DNA from: a virus
Length of the DNA stretch: 64,000 nt
Virus record (IMG/VR): IMGVR_UViG_3300013772_000002
Coordinates: 40,817 to 104,816 of that record
Reading direction: 5' to 3' (one strand)
Within the stretch, counting starts at the first letter, position 1, and each line of letters starts with the position of its first letter. The translations under genes and the position numbers were made by a program. Below, in pieces: positions 1-9,609 of this stretch. Under the pieces are notes generated by a model that worked only from the letters and a program-made list of their open reading frames with translations, was not told where the DNA came from and did no database searches.

Positions 1-696
1 GCAGAGCGTGAGGGACGCGGTGCATCCCTTGCCGATGTGCCGGAGGAAGTTCCGCCCGACGAGGAAATCACCTATGCATTCAAGGCGCCGCACGACTACG
101 TTGTCGAAGTGCGCGAAATGAATGTCGTCTTGACGAAGGAGTCCCAAGAGTCAATGGCACTCCTAACCGTTGCTGACGCACAGGGCACGAAGCGTCGTAT
201 GGCAGTTTTCCCGCGACTCTATCGCGAGCTGGCGCCGGAGGGTCTCGCACAGGGCGCGCTGATGCGGGTCGTCGCGCGCGCGAACATCTACAAAGGCGAG
301 GTCGGTCTTGTCGCCAATGAAGCGCGTATCGTTGCCCTCGGCGACATCGAGCGGATGATGCGTGCGGATGATGCACGGATGCTCGAAGTCCTGCACGTTT
401 CATTCTCACAGGCACAGTTGGCGACACCAGTCTACATGCGCTTTCTTACAAGCGCCATCAATCGTCCGGAGTTCTCCGGAGACCGCCCTGTGATCCTCCA
501 CACGCCCGATGGCAAGGCGGTACCACTCTCGACGGGCGTCAAGGCCCCACGCGCCATCTGCGAGCACCTGCGCACTCTCTTTGGGGGTCGCGTGTCCACC
601 GGACCACCCGGACTCCGTTGGCGTGATGAGGCATGGAATTTGTACGACCCAAACGCGGCATTGAGTGAAGAAGACTTCGCCGACGTGCCATTTTAG
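1..696 (+). CDS. dnaE: DNA polymerase III alpha subunit (DnaE-like), C-terminal OB-fold region; 5'-truncated by the window edge
   Basis: Frame is open from base 1. ESMALLTVADAQG..MAVFPRLYREL..GALMRVVARAN..GEVGLVANEA matches the DnaE C-terminal OB-fold pattern. Confidence 0.7.
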   Translation, partial: AEREGRGASLADVPEEVPPDEEITYAFKAPHDYVVEVREMNVVLTKESQESMALLTVADAQGTKRRMAVFPRLYRELAPEGLAQGALMRVVARANIYKGEVGLVANEARIVALGDIERMMRADDARMLEVLHVSFSQAQLATPVYMRFLTSAINRPEFSGDRPVILHTPDGKAVPLSTGVKAPRAICEHLRTLFGGRVSTGPPGLRWRDEAWNLYDPNAALSEEDFADVPF

Positions 697-711
697 ATTG
701 AGGAGAATATT

Positions 712-1578
712 GTGACTAAGACAAAGACCATTCGCATTGAATTGACGCAGCGTCAGACCGCTCTTATTGACATCGCCAACAAAGAGCGTGTGCGTCCCTA
801 CGACTGGCATGCGACCTTCGATCGCAATTCCGAGCGCTGGTACGCACGCGCCGCGATGACATCTCCTGACGGAACGCGCACCGAGGTGATGCTGCACCGC
901 TTTCTTCTCGACGAACCGTCCGGTACCGCCGTCCAGTTTATCGACGGTAACCCGCTCAATTGTACCGCCATCAACATGATTGGTGGTGTACGTAATCGTC
1001 TCGCACTGGGGCGCGGCACTTCTCGTTTCAAGGGCGTGTCGTTTGTCTCGAAGAAGAAGGTCAATCCCTGGCGGGCCGAGGTTCGTTTTGGTGGAATGAA
1101 GCATTATATCGGCGGCTTTCCCACCGAAGAAGAAGCCGCAAGCGCCTTTGACGATTTCTGGGAAACTCTTGGCGGTGACCCACGCCTGACGAACCGGGCA
1201 ATGATGGCGAGGCGGATGTTGCCAGCGGTCGCGATGGAGGTCGGTGTCGAAATCATGCCTCGGAGGGTTTCGCACAACGCTTCTGGCTATCGTGGCGTGA
1301 CACTCTTTAATAAGAAATGGCATCGCGCGACGATCTGGCTTGAAGATAAGACGAAATTGATTGGCTACTTCACGGAGATCACCGATGCCGCCCGGGCGTA
1401 TGACAGGGAGGCGTTTCTTCGCGACGGGGATCGGGCGCGCCTGAACTTCCCTAATGACGATCCGATGGTCTGGGTTGCTCCCCCTCCCGTCATTCGCGTC
1501 CCCCCGCCGCCAAAGCCGGTTTTCCCGCGTGATGCGAAGGATCGGCGGCGGCGCCCCGATCCGATGGCGGCGGCATAG
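712..1578 (+). CDS. HNH-AP2 family protein with a degenerate HNH and two AP2 DNA-binding domains
   Basis: MLHRFLL..IDGNPLN, then two AP2 repeats (SRFKGVS..WRAEV..YIGGFPTEEEAASAFD; SGYRGVT..IGYFTEITDAARAYDREA..ARLNFP). Confidence 0.85.
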   Translation: MTKTKTIRIELTQRQTALIDIANKERVRPYDWHATFDRNSERWYARAAMTSPDGTRTEVMLHRFLLDEPSGTAVQFIDGNPLNCTAINMIGGVRNRLALGRGTSRFKGVSFVSKKKVNPWRAEVRFGGMKHYIGGFPTEEEAASAFDDFWETLGGDPRLTNRAMMARRMLPAVAMEVGVEIMPRRVSHNASGYRGVTLFNKKWHRATIWLEDKTKLIGYFTEITDAARAYDREAFLRDGDRARLNFPNDDPMVWVAPPPVIRVPPPPKPVFPRDAKDRRRRPDPMAAA

Positions 1579-2007
1579 ATGTACGGATCGATCAATTCGT
1601 ACATAGAGGAATCAACCCAACACGATCTGAACGCGGAGATCGATCGGATCGCTAGGAGGCAGGAGGATATTCTCGTACGCGGTCGGAAAGCGCTGGAAGT
1701 CGCGGCGTTGCTCGCCGTTTCATTCTTTGGTATCAAGATGCCGTCATCGCTCCTCGTGCTTTGCGATGGGCCGCTTCGTGCCAATCATCGGCGGACAGAC
1801 GGACTCATGACGGGTGACGGCATGTGGCAAGAAATACGGTTTGATGGCGATACGCTTGTGCGTGCCGAGCAACGGCATGTCCTCGAGGAATCGTCAGTGC
1901 GCATGGAAGTTTCCGTTCAATTCGGGGAGCGGTTTCGGAAGGCACTCGAAGCGCGCGGGATGCTTGAATACGCGAATGGGGAGATTGAGCGATGCTTGAA
2001 GACATGA
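1579..2007 (+). CDS. hypothetical protein
   Basis: 142-aa ORF tightly coupled to both neighbours (TAG-ATG; ATGA). Confidence 0.7.
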   Translation: MYGSINSYIEESTQHDLNAEIDRIARRQEDILVRGRKALEVAALLAVSFFGIKMPSSLLVLCDGPLRANHRRTDGLMTGDGMWQEIRFDGDTLVRAEQRHVLEESSVRMEVSVQFGERFRKALEARGMLEYANGEIERCLKT

Positions 2008-2828
2008 TGCCTTTTGTACTCCTAGACGTAAGTCGTCCCCGGAATGGCGGAAGGATGAGCGAGGACGATATTATTGATATTCACGTCTCGTACGCGGCGG
2101 GAATATGCACGCGAAAGAACCTCGCGGATCGCTATCATGTTTCCCAAAGACAGATCGGTGCGATCTTGTGTGGGGAACAATATTTGTTGATCGGTCGAGA
2201 TAATATGCCGGTCATTCAGAAACACCAAAATAAATTGACCGCTGATGATGCGCGGGCAATTTGTGCCGCGTCCGATATCGGTGAAACGCAAATGTCGATT
2301 GCTGGCCGCTTCGGCGTCTCGGGTGCCAGGGTCAATCAGGTTATCAACGGTTTTGCATGGAGGGAAGCGACGGGGCGTATATGCCAACGCCATAATCCCT
2401 ACCATCCGTCTAAACTGACGGGTGAGAAGGTGCGGGCTATCCGTATCGCGTATGCGAAGGGCGATGTGACGCAAGGCGAGATTGCCATTCGTTATGGAGT
2501 TTCGCAATCACTGATATCCAATATTATCCTTGGCATTGCGCACCTAGAAAGCGATGACGAGACGAAGGATGATTACTTCTGGCGCAAAGTAGATCGCACG
2601 GGTGGTTCCAGTGCCTGTTGGGAATGGCAAGGGTCGATAAAGGCAGGGAAGGGTTACGGAATAGTAAAGCGGTCCGGTTCCATTATCTCTGCCCATCGAT
2701 GTGCGTACGAGATGATTAATGGCAAAATTGCCCCCGGAATCACCCTCCGACAAACCTGTCGGAACCCTCGTTGCGTCAATCCCGCACATATGCAAGAAAA
2801 GACAAGGAGGGTACAAGGTGTCGATTAG
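2004..2828 (+). CDS. HTH-repeat protein with a C-terminal degenerate HNH domain
   Basis: Three HTH-like repeats (LADRYHVSQRQI, IAGRFGVSGARV, IAIRYGVSQSLI), then FWRKVD..CWEWQG..GYG..AHRCAY..CRNPRCVNPAHM. Confidence 0.8.
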   Translation: MMPFVLLDVSRPRNGGRMSEDDIIDIHVSYAAGICTRKNLADRYHVSQRQIGAILCGEQYLLIGRDNMPVIQKHQNKLTADDARAICAASDIGETQMSIAGRFGVSGARVNQVINGFAWREATGRICQRHNPYHPSKLTGEKVRAIRIAYAKGDVTQGEIAIRYGVSQSLISNIILGIAHLESDDETKDDYFWRKVDRTGGSSACWEWQGSIKAGKGYGIVKRSGSIISAHRCAYEMINGKIAPGITLRQTCRNPRCVNPAHMQEKTRRVQGVD

Positions 2829-3255
2829 TTACATCAATGGCGATCTCCTCGCCTCAACAATGGAGACCCTCGTCTGTCCGACAAACTGCGTTGGCATTAT
2901 GGGCGCGGGACTGGCGGCAAAATTCGCGCGACGTTTTCCGGAGGTGGCAGATGCGTATAACCGGAGTAGTAAGGATGGTCAGGTCAGTCCCGGAGTTTTG
3001 GTGCTCTCTCGCGGACCCGGAGCACACAATATCCTGATGTTTCCGACCAAGCGTCACTGGCGTGATTTGTCGCGGCTGGAGGACATTGTTGCCGGGCTTG
3101 CCAACATTCGGGTTTTTGGAATTCAATCCATCGCCGTACCCGCGCTTGGCTGCGGTCTTGGCGGTCTTGACTGGGAGATTGTTCGCCCCCTAATGGAGCA
3201 GTATCTCGGCGCGCTCGATATTCCGGTGGAAATCTATCCGCCAAAGGAACGATGA
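2818..3255 (+). CDS. Macrodomain ADP-ribose hydrolase (DarG-like)
   Basis: GDLL..TLVCPTNCVGIMGAGLAAKF..FPTKRHWR..SIAVPALGCGLGGLDW. GTG start at 2818 after AGGAGG. Confidence 0.9.
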   Translation: MSISYINGDLLASTMETLVCPTNCVGIMGAGLAAKFARRFPEVADAYNRSSKDGQVSPGVLVLSRGPGAHNILMFPTKRHWRDLSRLEDIVAGLANIRVFGIQSIAVPALGCGLGGLDWEIVRPLMEQYLGALDIPVEIYPPKER

Positions 3256-3651
3256 ATGATGCCATTAATGGAAACCGCACTGAAGACGATGCAATTACCC
3301 GACATGGACCCCTTCGTTCGTCCCGATGAGACGACACATGTCGACCATCTTGACAAGCGCTGGTACATCCGCGAAGGAGATGAGGCGATCGGCGCACTTT
3401 GTGAAAACATCTCTGAGAAGTATCCCGATACCAAGACAATTAGCGTCGTTTCTTCATCCGGGGTCGAATATCGGGAGACCCCGGTTATCGGTGGCGGGTT
3501 CGTTTATCACCAATTCTATCACTGGGCGACGGCTATCTCCGTTTTTCGGCACGGTCCCTTCGGTATTATTCAAGGAACGTGGGAGCGGCGTTGCGGCTTC
3601 CTGCCGATTTTTACCAGCCCAAAACGACTCGATGGCATTCGTCTCGATTAA
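3256..3651 (+). CDS. hypothetical protein
   Basis: 131-aa ORF with AAGGA upstream; ends just before the terminator. Confidence 0.65.
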   Translation: MMPLMETALKTMQLPDMDPFVRPDETTHVDHLDKRWYIREGDEAIGALCENISEKYPDTKTISVVSSSGVEYRETPVIGGGFVYHQFYHWATAISVFRHGPFGIIQGTWERRCGFLPIFTSPKRLDGIRLD

Positions 3652-3680
3652 GGGCGTATCGCTTGACTCCGAGATAGCAC

Positions 3681-3716
3681 AATACCCCCGCTCGATCGAG
3701 CGGGGGTATTCTTTTC
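3681..3716. terminator. Terminator between convergent transcription units (perfect 30-bp palindrome)
   Basis: AATACCCCCGCTCGATCGAGCGGGGGTATT (3681-3710) followed by CTTTT, lying between the + and - gene blocks. Confidence 0.8.
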
Positions 3717-3723
3717 GCCTTGC

Positions 3724-4230
3724 CTAATCAGGATCGATCAGCGATCCATCGAAGAGCGGTCGCGCCGCCTCCATCGTCCAGTGACCACGTACCGCTCTCC
3801 ACCTGCCATCATATTGGCAGGAGAAACGGAGGGAGCCAGAGAGTGCGAAGCGAGCGATCTCTACCCTGCCCTTGTGTTTCGCGCGCTGGAGCGACGGTGG
3901 GTTGCCGTAGGAGTGCACCATGCTCCGAGCCACAATCAGTTCGATCGATTGGCCGAAAGAGTTCTGCCAGGTACGCGTTGTCGTTTCAAGAACGATCAGT
4001 GGTCGTGCCGGGAACTGAGCCTCGTGCTCTTCAAATGCCGTCAGAAAGCCGCTCGCTCTTGCTTCGTGATCGAGACCACCAAGTGAGCCGGATGGTTCGG
4101 AGAAAATGAGGTAGTCGCGAATCGGGAAATCCGCGTAATCATCTTCGCGCCCAAGAAGCGGATAGTTGCCGCCGAGATCGATGGCAAAGCCCAGTTCCTG
4201 CATGCGTGGGTCGATATTCCAGATGCTCAA
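3724..4230 (-). CDS. hypothetical protein, possibly RNase H/RuvC-like fold
   Basis: ORF is coupled to the upstream gene. FAIDLGG and LIVLET weakly resemble RuvC acidic motifs. Confidence 0.5.
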   Translation of the reverse strand: MSIWNIDPRMQELGFAIDLGGNYPLLGREDDYADFPIRDYLIFSEPSGSLGGLDHEARASGFLTAFEEHEAQFPARPLIVLETTTRTWQNSFGQSIELIVARSMVHSYGNPPSLQRAKHKGRVEIARFALSGSLRFSCQYDGRWRAVRGHWTMEAARPLFDGSLIDPD

Positions 4231-4859
4231 GCGGCGCCTTCTTTCTTCAGCCAGAGGTCGCGAACGAAGGCGCCGATCGCGACGTGACCCCTCATGCGCT
4301 TGATTTGTGGAAGGGTTATTTTATTACGATTGTACGACGCATCTAGAAGGAGAAGATCGAGAGGGCGGTCAAAGGTGTAATTGAGCGCGATGTTCGTCAG
4401 TGTCTCCAGGTGATCGTCGATAAAGACGAGGCGTTCGGGTCCGTGGAGGGCGAGTGCCGACATCTTTGTTTCCGGACCGCAGGAGAGGGATTCCTTGGGA
4501 CAATACGGCGTCAAGAAACCGTGCGCCTCGAGCCAGGTACGCGTTGTCGTCAGGAGGTGTTCGGGACGGCTGGAACGGAAGTAGATTGCACATCCAAGCG
4601 TACGCAATGCGAGAACCATTGCCAGTGCACCGCCCATCACGGGCGCGGTCGCGTAGTAGTAGGGATTGTTGTATGCGCTCTCCCACCAACGCAGACTCTC
4701 CGGGCTCATCCATGGATAGGCATCTGCCGTCCGGAAGGCGGTTGGCGCGGAGAGGGGCTTAGTGGGATGGAGCGTATTCCAGGCGTTCGTAATGTGACCG
4801 CTGACGTCACAAATGACGCCATCAATATCGCAAATGATGCCAATCGATTTGTTGAACAC
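4227..4859 (-). CDS. HAD-family 5'(3')-deoxyribonucleotidase-like protein
   Basis: DIDGVICD motif I, SSRP motif II, FIDD motif IV, and YNR near the C-terminus. Confidence 0.85.
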   Translation of the reverse strand: MFNKSIGIICDIDGVICDVSGHITNAWNTLHPTKPLSAPTAFRTADAYPWMSPESLRWWESAYNNPYYYATAPVMGGALAMVLALRTLGCAIYFRSSRPEHLLTTTRTWLEAHGFLTPYCPKESLSCGPETKMSALALHGPERLVFIDDHLETLTNIALNYTFDRPLDLLLLDASYNRNKITLPQIKRMRGHVAIGAFVRDLWLKKEGAA

Positions 4860-5506
4860 TAAGCGCTCACTTTCCTGTCATGGGTCGATACGAAATCTGG
4901 ATCGCGTGGGCGCGGATCGAAGGCGCCGAAGCCGGGACGACTAGCGAGATAATCGGCGGTCGCGACGGCGAGTTCGATCGGGACGGTGGGTTCGCCCATA
5001 CCATGACGACCCATGTGCGCTTCGCAAATTGCTACGAGTGGCTCATAGTACCGACCGAAAAGCGGGAGATCGGCAAGGTCGTCAGTCCGCATGCGCACCA
5101 GACTGTCATGAAAGCGGTCGATGTGCACCTCGTTATCCTGGTAGGAGGCGATATCGTGAACGAGCGCTCCCGCCATCGCGAGATCGTGCTCGACCTGAGT
5201 GAAGTCCCAAGCGTCAGCCAAGAGGGCGACGATATAGGCGACGCGGCGGCAGTGGTGAACCATGCCGCCCGTCTCTCCGGGGCTCGCGGGCGCGTTCGTT
5301 GGGTCTCCCTCCCGGGCGGAGAAGAACTCATCCGGCGGGTGGTAGATGCCCGTCGAGCTCGACGGACCTGTCAGGAAGCGCGGATGGGCACGACGGAGGA
5401 AGGCGACCGCCAGTTCACGAATCACCGCGTTCCTGATGCGTCCGAGCTCGGGCGCGAAGGCGGTGCGAACCGCCGTCTCATTAAGGAGACGCCCGGTCGT
5501 ACGCAT
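4859..5506 (-). CDS. HD-domain phosphohydrolase (YhaM-like HD)
   Basis: PSSSTGIYHP..GGMVHH..GALVHDI..EAHMG..ADYLAS. Confidence 0.85.
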   Translation of the reverse strand: MRTTGRLLNETAVRTAFAPELGRIRNAVIRELAVAFLRRAHPRFLTGPSSSTGIYHPPDEFFSAREGDPTNAPASPGETGGMVHHCRRVAYIVALLADAWDFTQVEHDLAMAGALVHDIASYQDNEVHIDRFHDSLVRMRTDDLADLPLFGRYYEPLVAICEAHMGRHGMGEPTVPIELAVATADYLASRPGFGAFDPRPRDPDFVSTHDRKVSA

Positions 5507-5785
5507 CTAGTCGGCCGGATCGCCGGGCGGTAGTGAGGTCGGCACGGTCTCGACGCCCGAAATTGGCGTGACGTTGGCGGGTAGTGCGGGTTCGTCCTGG
5601 ATGTTAACGGCCTGCGGTTGGTTGACGCGATCGCAGAGGTCCAGGTATTTCCTTGCGATCGCCCTGGTGTCACCACTGACGTTGCCGAGGTTGGCGGCAT
5701 AGAAGCACGCCGCGAAGGTTTGGTAATCAACGGCGGGGATGACGAGCGCCACAAACTCTGGCGCTGCTGGGGTGGTGGGTTCCAT
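5507..5785 (-). CDS. hypothetical protein
   Basis: ATG at 5785 after AAGGAA, downstream of a predicted promoter; abuts the HD gene start. Confidence 0.65.
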   Translation of the reverse strand: MEPTTPAAPEFVALVIPAVDYQTFAACFYAANLGNVSGDTRAIARKYLDLCDRVNQPQAVNIQDEPALPANVTPISGVETVPTSLPPGDPAD

Positions 5786-5841
5786 GGTCAGGAATTCCTT
5801 TCGGATGAGCGAGGACTTATCGCAGATCGACAAGTCCTCTT

Positions 5842-5870
5842 ATGATATCATGGTATTCGTGCGTTGTAAA
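5842..5870 (-). promoter_or_regulatory. sigma70-type promoter
   Basis: Minus strand TTTACA-N17-TATCAT with an extended -10 TG. Confidence 0.55.
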
Positions 5871-5872
5871 GC

Positions 5873-7996
5873 CTATGCCACAACGAACACGGGAGTCCAG
5901 TCGCACTGGCTGTAGCCGCAGGATTGGCAGGTGACACAACCACCGTCGTCCGCCATCGCATCGATCCCGCAATTCGGACAGCAGACGTCGTCATCGCCGG
6001 TCATTTCCGTCGATGCCTCCAGAAGAGCCTGTGGTGCCCCTCCACGCGCGAGAAGGCGGTCATCGGCAGTCTTGCCAATGTTATAGACCTGAACCTCCTT
6101 GCAGCCGTCACGGTAGATCGTCGTGCCCATGCAACCCGATGTGTACGAGAGGATGTACGCGGCACCGATCTCTTCACGCGTTGTCGAGTTTGGAGCATTC
6201 CCGGTCTTGGAAATGCCCGAATCGTTGTGCTCCTGCCATGCCGCCTGCATGAGGATGTGGTCGGTGAGCGAAATATCTCCCGCGGTGCGGAAGACGCGCT
6301 GCCATCGCTCCGGTACCATTGCAACGCCTTGGACTGACCCAGTCGCGACAACGTGTGCCTCCAGATCGCCTGACCAGAACCCCTCGTGTTCGGCCACGGC
6401 CCGGAAGGCGGCGTTAGCGATCTTCAGGTTGCGCCATGAGCCGTCGGTCTGCTTGACCGAGTGGTAAGCGAAGAGGGCAAAGACGGGCTCGATGCCGCTG
6501 GAACAATTGCCAAGAATTGAAATTGATCCGGTCGGCGCCACGGTCGTGAGGTTACTGTTGCGTCGCGGTGCGTCGTTTTTGTAGCGTGAGACGTTTTGTA
6601 GCGGGAAAGCCCCCCGATCGACCGCCAAGTTTTCCGAGGCAGAGATCGCCTCCTCATTAAGGACGCGCATGATATCGTTGCCCAGGGCACGAGCCTCGGG
6701 TGTGTGGTAGGCGATGCCCAGCAGAAAAAGGAGGTCAGCGAATCCCATCACGCCGAGACCGATCCGGCGCAAGTCTTGTGCGCGCTTGGTGATCTGTGGT
6801 AGTGGGAAGGGGTTGATCTCGATCACGTCGTCGAGGAAGCGGGTCGCGAGGCGGACGACGGACCGGAAGCGTGCCCAATCGAAGATCGGAATACCAAGTC
6901 CATACCCGCCAAAGTAGTGCGTGACGCTCTCGATAACAAAACGTCCGAGATTAATAGAGCCTAGATTGCAAACATCATATGGCCCCAAAGGTTGCTCTCC
7001 GCACGGATTAGTTGCCTCAATGCTTTCTATCTCTGGGATCGGATTCGCACGAGAAGCATTAACGCGATCGAGGAAGATAAGCCCCGGATCGCCCGTCCGC
7101 CACGCACAGTCAACAATCTGGTCCCAGATGTCGCGTGCCCGGCGCCGACTCGTCACCGCCTTCGTGTCGGGATCGATGAGATCGTATTCGCCATCTTCGC
7201 GTACCGCGTCCATGAAGACGTCAGTAATGCCGATCGAGCAATTAAAGTTCGTAATCGGATACTGAACTTCGTTCGTGCCGTTTAGTTTTGCGAGGACGCC
7301 GATTGGCTCCTTGCAATGAATGAATGTTTCCACGTCGGTATGATCGCAGCGTAATACCGCCATATTCGCGCCACGGCGGGTGCCCCCTTGCTTGATTTGC
7401 TCCGTTGCTACGTCGAAGATTTTCAAAAAACTGACGGGTCCGGACGCAACTCCCATGCTCCTTTTCACGGTTGCGCCCGCGGGACGGAGGCGCGAGAAAG
7501 AAAACCCGGTTCCGCCGCCGCTCTGATGCACAGTGGCAGCATCTCGTATTGTATTAAAGATTCCCTCTATTGAATCTTCGATAGGCAAAACAAAACATGC
7601 TGACAACTGAAGACCGTTCCCCTTCCCGGCGTTCATCAGACAGGGGCTATTGGGCAGGAAGTCTCCAGAGAGCAGCAGATCGGCGAATTGATCTCCGACG
7701 CGAGCGATCGCCGCATCTTCCTGGTGACCGCAAGCATCGAGATAGGTGGTGAATTCTTCGCGCGGCGTGAGGCCCGGCACGGAACCCCATTCGCTTCCGG
7801 CGCGCTCTTGATCAATCTTGACAAATTCGCGCTCGCCCTCGGCGACGGCGTATGCGACGCGTTTGTAGAGTCCCTGGGGAGTTTCGGTAATAGTGACTGT
7901 ACCATCTGGTTGTTTAACTTTTTGAAGATAGCGTTCTTCGAGGACGCGGAGCGCGGCGTCAGTAGTAAGGGGCGGTGAGTAAGGAGCGATGGTCAC
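5873..7996 (-). CDS. nrdJ: Class II (adenosylcobalamin-dependent) ribonucleotide reductase
   Basis: FLPNSPCLMNAG, LSACFV, GGGTG, QGGTRRGANM, TNPCGEQPL, CNLGSINL, TVAPTG, SKT and a C-terminal CxxC..CxxCxxC zinc ribbon. No small subunit gene is adjacent. Confidence 0.93.
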   Translation of the reverse strand: MTIAPYSPPLTTDAALRVLEERYLQKVKQPDGTVTITETPQGLYKRVAYAVAEGEREFVKIDQERAGSEWGSVPGLTPREEFTTYLDACGHQEDAAIARVGDQFADLLLSGDFLPNSPCLMNAGKGNGLQLSACFVLPIEDSIEGIFNTIRDAATVHQSGGGTGFSFSRLRPAGATVKRSMGVASGPVSFLKIFDVATEQIKQGGTRRGANMAVLRCDHTDVETFIHCKEPIGVLAKLNGTNEVQYPITNFNCSIGITDVFMDAVREDGEYDLIDPDTKAVTSRRRARDIWDQIVDCAWRTGDPGLIFLDRVNASRANPIPEIESIEATNPCGEQPLGPYDVCNLGSINLGRFVIESVTHYFGGYGLGIPIFDWARFRSVVRLATRFLDDVIEINPFPLPQITKRAQDLRRIGLGVMGFADLLFLLGIAYHTPEARALGNDIMRVLNEEAISASENLAVDRGAFPLQNVSRYKNDAPRRNSNLTTVAPTGSISILGNCSSGIEPVFALFAYHSVKQTDGSWRNLKIANAAFRAVAEHEGFWSGDLEAHVVATGSVQGVAMVPERWQRVFRTAGDISLTDHILMQAAWQEHNDSGISKTGNAPNSTTREEIGAAYILSYTSGCMGTTIYRDGCKEVQVYNIGKTADDRLLARGGAPQALLEASTEMTGDDDVCCPNCGIDAMADDGGCVTCQSCGYSQCDWTPVFVVA

Positions 7997-7999
7997 GGG

Positions 8000-9562
8000 C
8001 TAGACCTCCTGCGCGACAACACTGCCGCCAGACGAATGGAGTTGGGTTGAGAGCCTCGCCCACACATCGTGGGCGAGGGTACGGTGGAACCCCTCGCAGC
8101 CGCCAACGATCTCTGAGATCGCGACGGTGGCGTCGGAGCCGAGGATGATGCGCTCGACGCAAAGGCGATCGACTAGCGGCTTGAGTGCCTCAATGAGACC
8201 GATACCATGGAGTTTCTGGACGCGTTTGTCTGCTTCGATGACGATTTCCCAGGCGAGTGCGGCGACGGCCTCCATGACAAGTGTGGCGTCGTGATCGATG
8301 CGCGTAATGCGTGTCGCGGCGTTCTGTTTCATCTCATCCTTGAGGGCTGACCAGTCGAAGCGCGAGCCGTCAGCGCCACCACCCGCGACCGTTAGTTCGA
8401 CGAATGATTCGACGATCGCCTGGTAATCGCCGCCTGCCGCGTGGAGCGCGACGCCGTCTTCACTATAGACGAAGCGCTCCATTGCCTTACCCATGGCGAG
8501 GGAAACAATTTCGCAGAATCCGTCGAGGTAGTTCATCATCCGCTCGTTCCGGAAGAAAACTGACGCCTCCTGATCCCAAACGTCAAAGAGGTTGATGTTG
8601 GAGATCGAAAGACCGAGCGCGAAACCCCCGAGCGCGTGTCCACACTCATGGTGGGCGACGTGGATTTCGATCTCCGGTTCGTCCTGATCGTCAGGAATCG
8701 GGAACCACTGCTCGACCAGGGCACGGGCAATCCAGGATGGCGTTATCTCTCCGGGTGGGCAGATTTCAGCGCGAAGGGCAGTCCGTTCTACCGCGTCGTC
8801 AATGTCCGCTCCCGTCTGCGCGCTGCCACCAATTAGGTCGCGAAGATGCGCCGCGCTCGGAACGGGTAGATTGCGTGTGGTGAGGCGTTCCCCCAGCATG
8901 CGCGATGCTTCGCGGTCGGGTAAGCGAGAGCACTCCGCCTCGATCGACAATCGACCCGCACGGAGCAGCGAGGGATCGATACCATCCTTTTCATTGGCAG
9001 TCGCAAAAAGGAAAACGGGCACGCCACGATCCGCGAGCCCGTCCAGACATGTATTAAGAGCGGCGGTAATTGGGTCCTTGCCAACCGTTCCCCGGTCGGT
9101 CGTGACGTGCGCGTCGAATTCGTCCCAGATCAAGCCAATCGGTGCGTCGAGCCGTCTTGCCTCGTGGCATGCCGCCTTCCATAGCGCAACGACGTCGTTC
9201 TCTCCCCACTCGCCATTTTCCAGCGGCCACGCTCGTGCGTCGAAACACCGCGCCCTGACTTCCGTAATCAAGTGGCGAAGCATCAGCGTCTTGCCATTGC
9301 CCTGCTCGCCAAGCAGGATGCCGCCGCGTGGTAGGCGCTGACCGTTTGCCTTCATCTCGGGCCAGCGGTTGATTGCGGCGATAAATTCACCCATCGCGCG
9401 CTTGACATTCGAGAGTCCGTAGATGTCACCGGCATGAACGGTGTTCGCCCCAGTGCAGGAAAGAGGATGTTTCCAGTAGGCGACACGAGATTTTGTGAGG
9501 ATGGTGCGGGTACGTGGGATGACCGATATCTCCCCATCATCGAGACGGGCATTTTCGTTCAT
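8000..9562 (-). CDS. FtsH-like AAA+ ATPase / peptidase M41 without a membrane anchor
   Basis: Walker A GEQGNGKT, Walker B LIWDEFD, SRH IDPSLLRAGRL, HECGH zinc motif. ATG at 9562 after GGGAG. Confidence 0.85.
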   Translation of the reverse strand: MNENARLDDGEISVIPRTRTILTKSRVAYWKHPLSCTGANTVHAGDIYGLSNVKRAMGEFIAAINRWPEMKANGQRLPRGGILLGEQGNGKTLMLRHLITEVRARCFDARAWPLENGEWGENDVVALWKAACHEARRLDAPIGLIWDEFDAHVTTDRGTVGKDPITAALNTCLDGLADRGVPVFLFATANEKDGIDPSLLRAGRLSIEAECSRLPDREASRMLGERLTTRNLPVPSAAHLRDLIGGSAQTGADIDDAVERTALRAEICPPGEITPSWIARALVEQWFPIPDDQDEPEIEIHVAHHECGHALGGFALGLSISNINLFDVWDQEASVFFRNERMMNYLDGFCEIVSLAMGKAMERFVYSEDGVALHAAGGDYQAIVESFVELTVAGGGADGSRFDWSALKDEMKQNAATRITRIDHDATLVMEAVAALAWEIVIEADKRVQKLHGIGLIEALKPLVDRLCVERIILGSDATVAISEIVGGCEGFHRTLAHDVWARLSTQLHSSGGSVVAQEV

Positions 9563-9609
9563 GTAAAACTCCCATGACGGCAATGGTATGCCGTCCCGGA
9601 ATAGATCGA

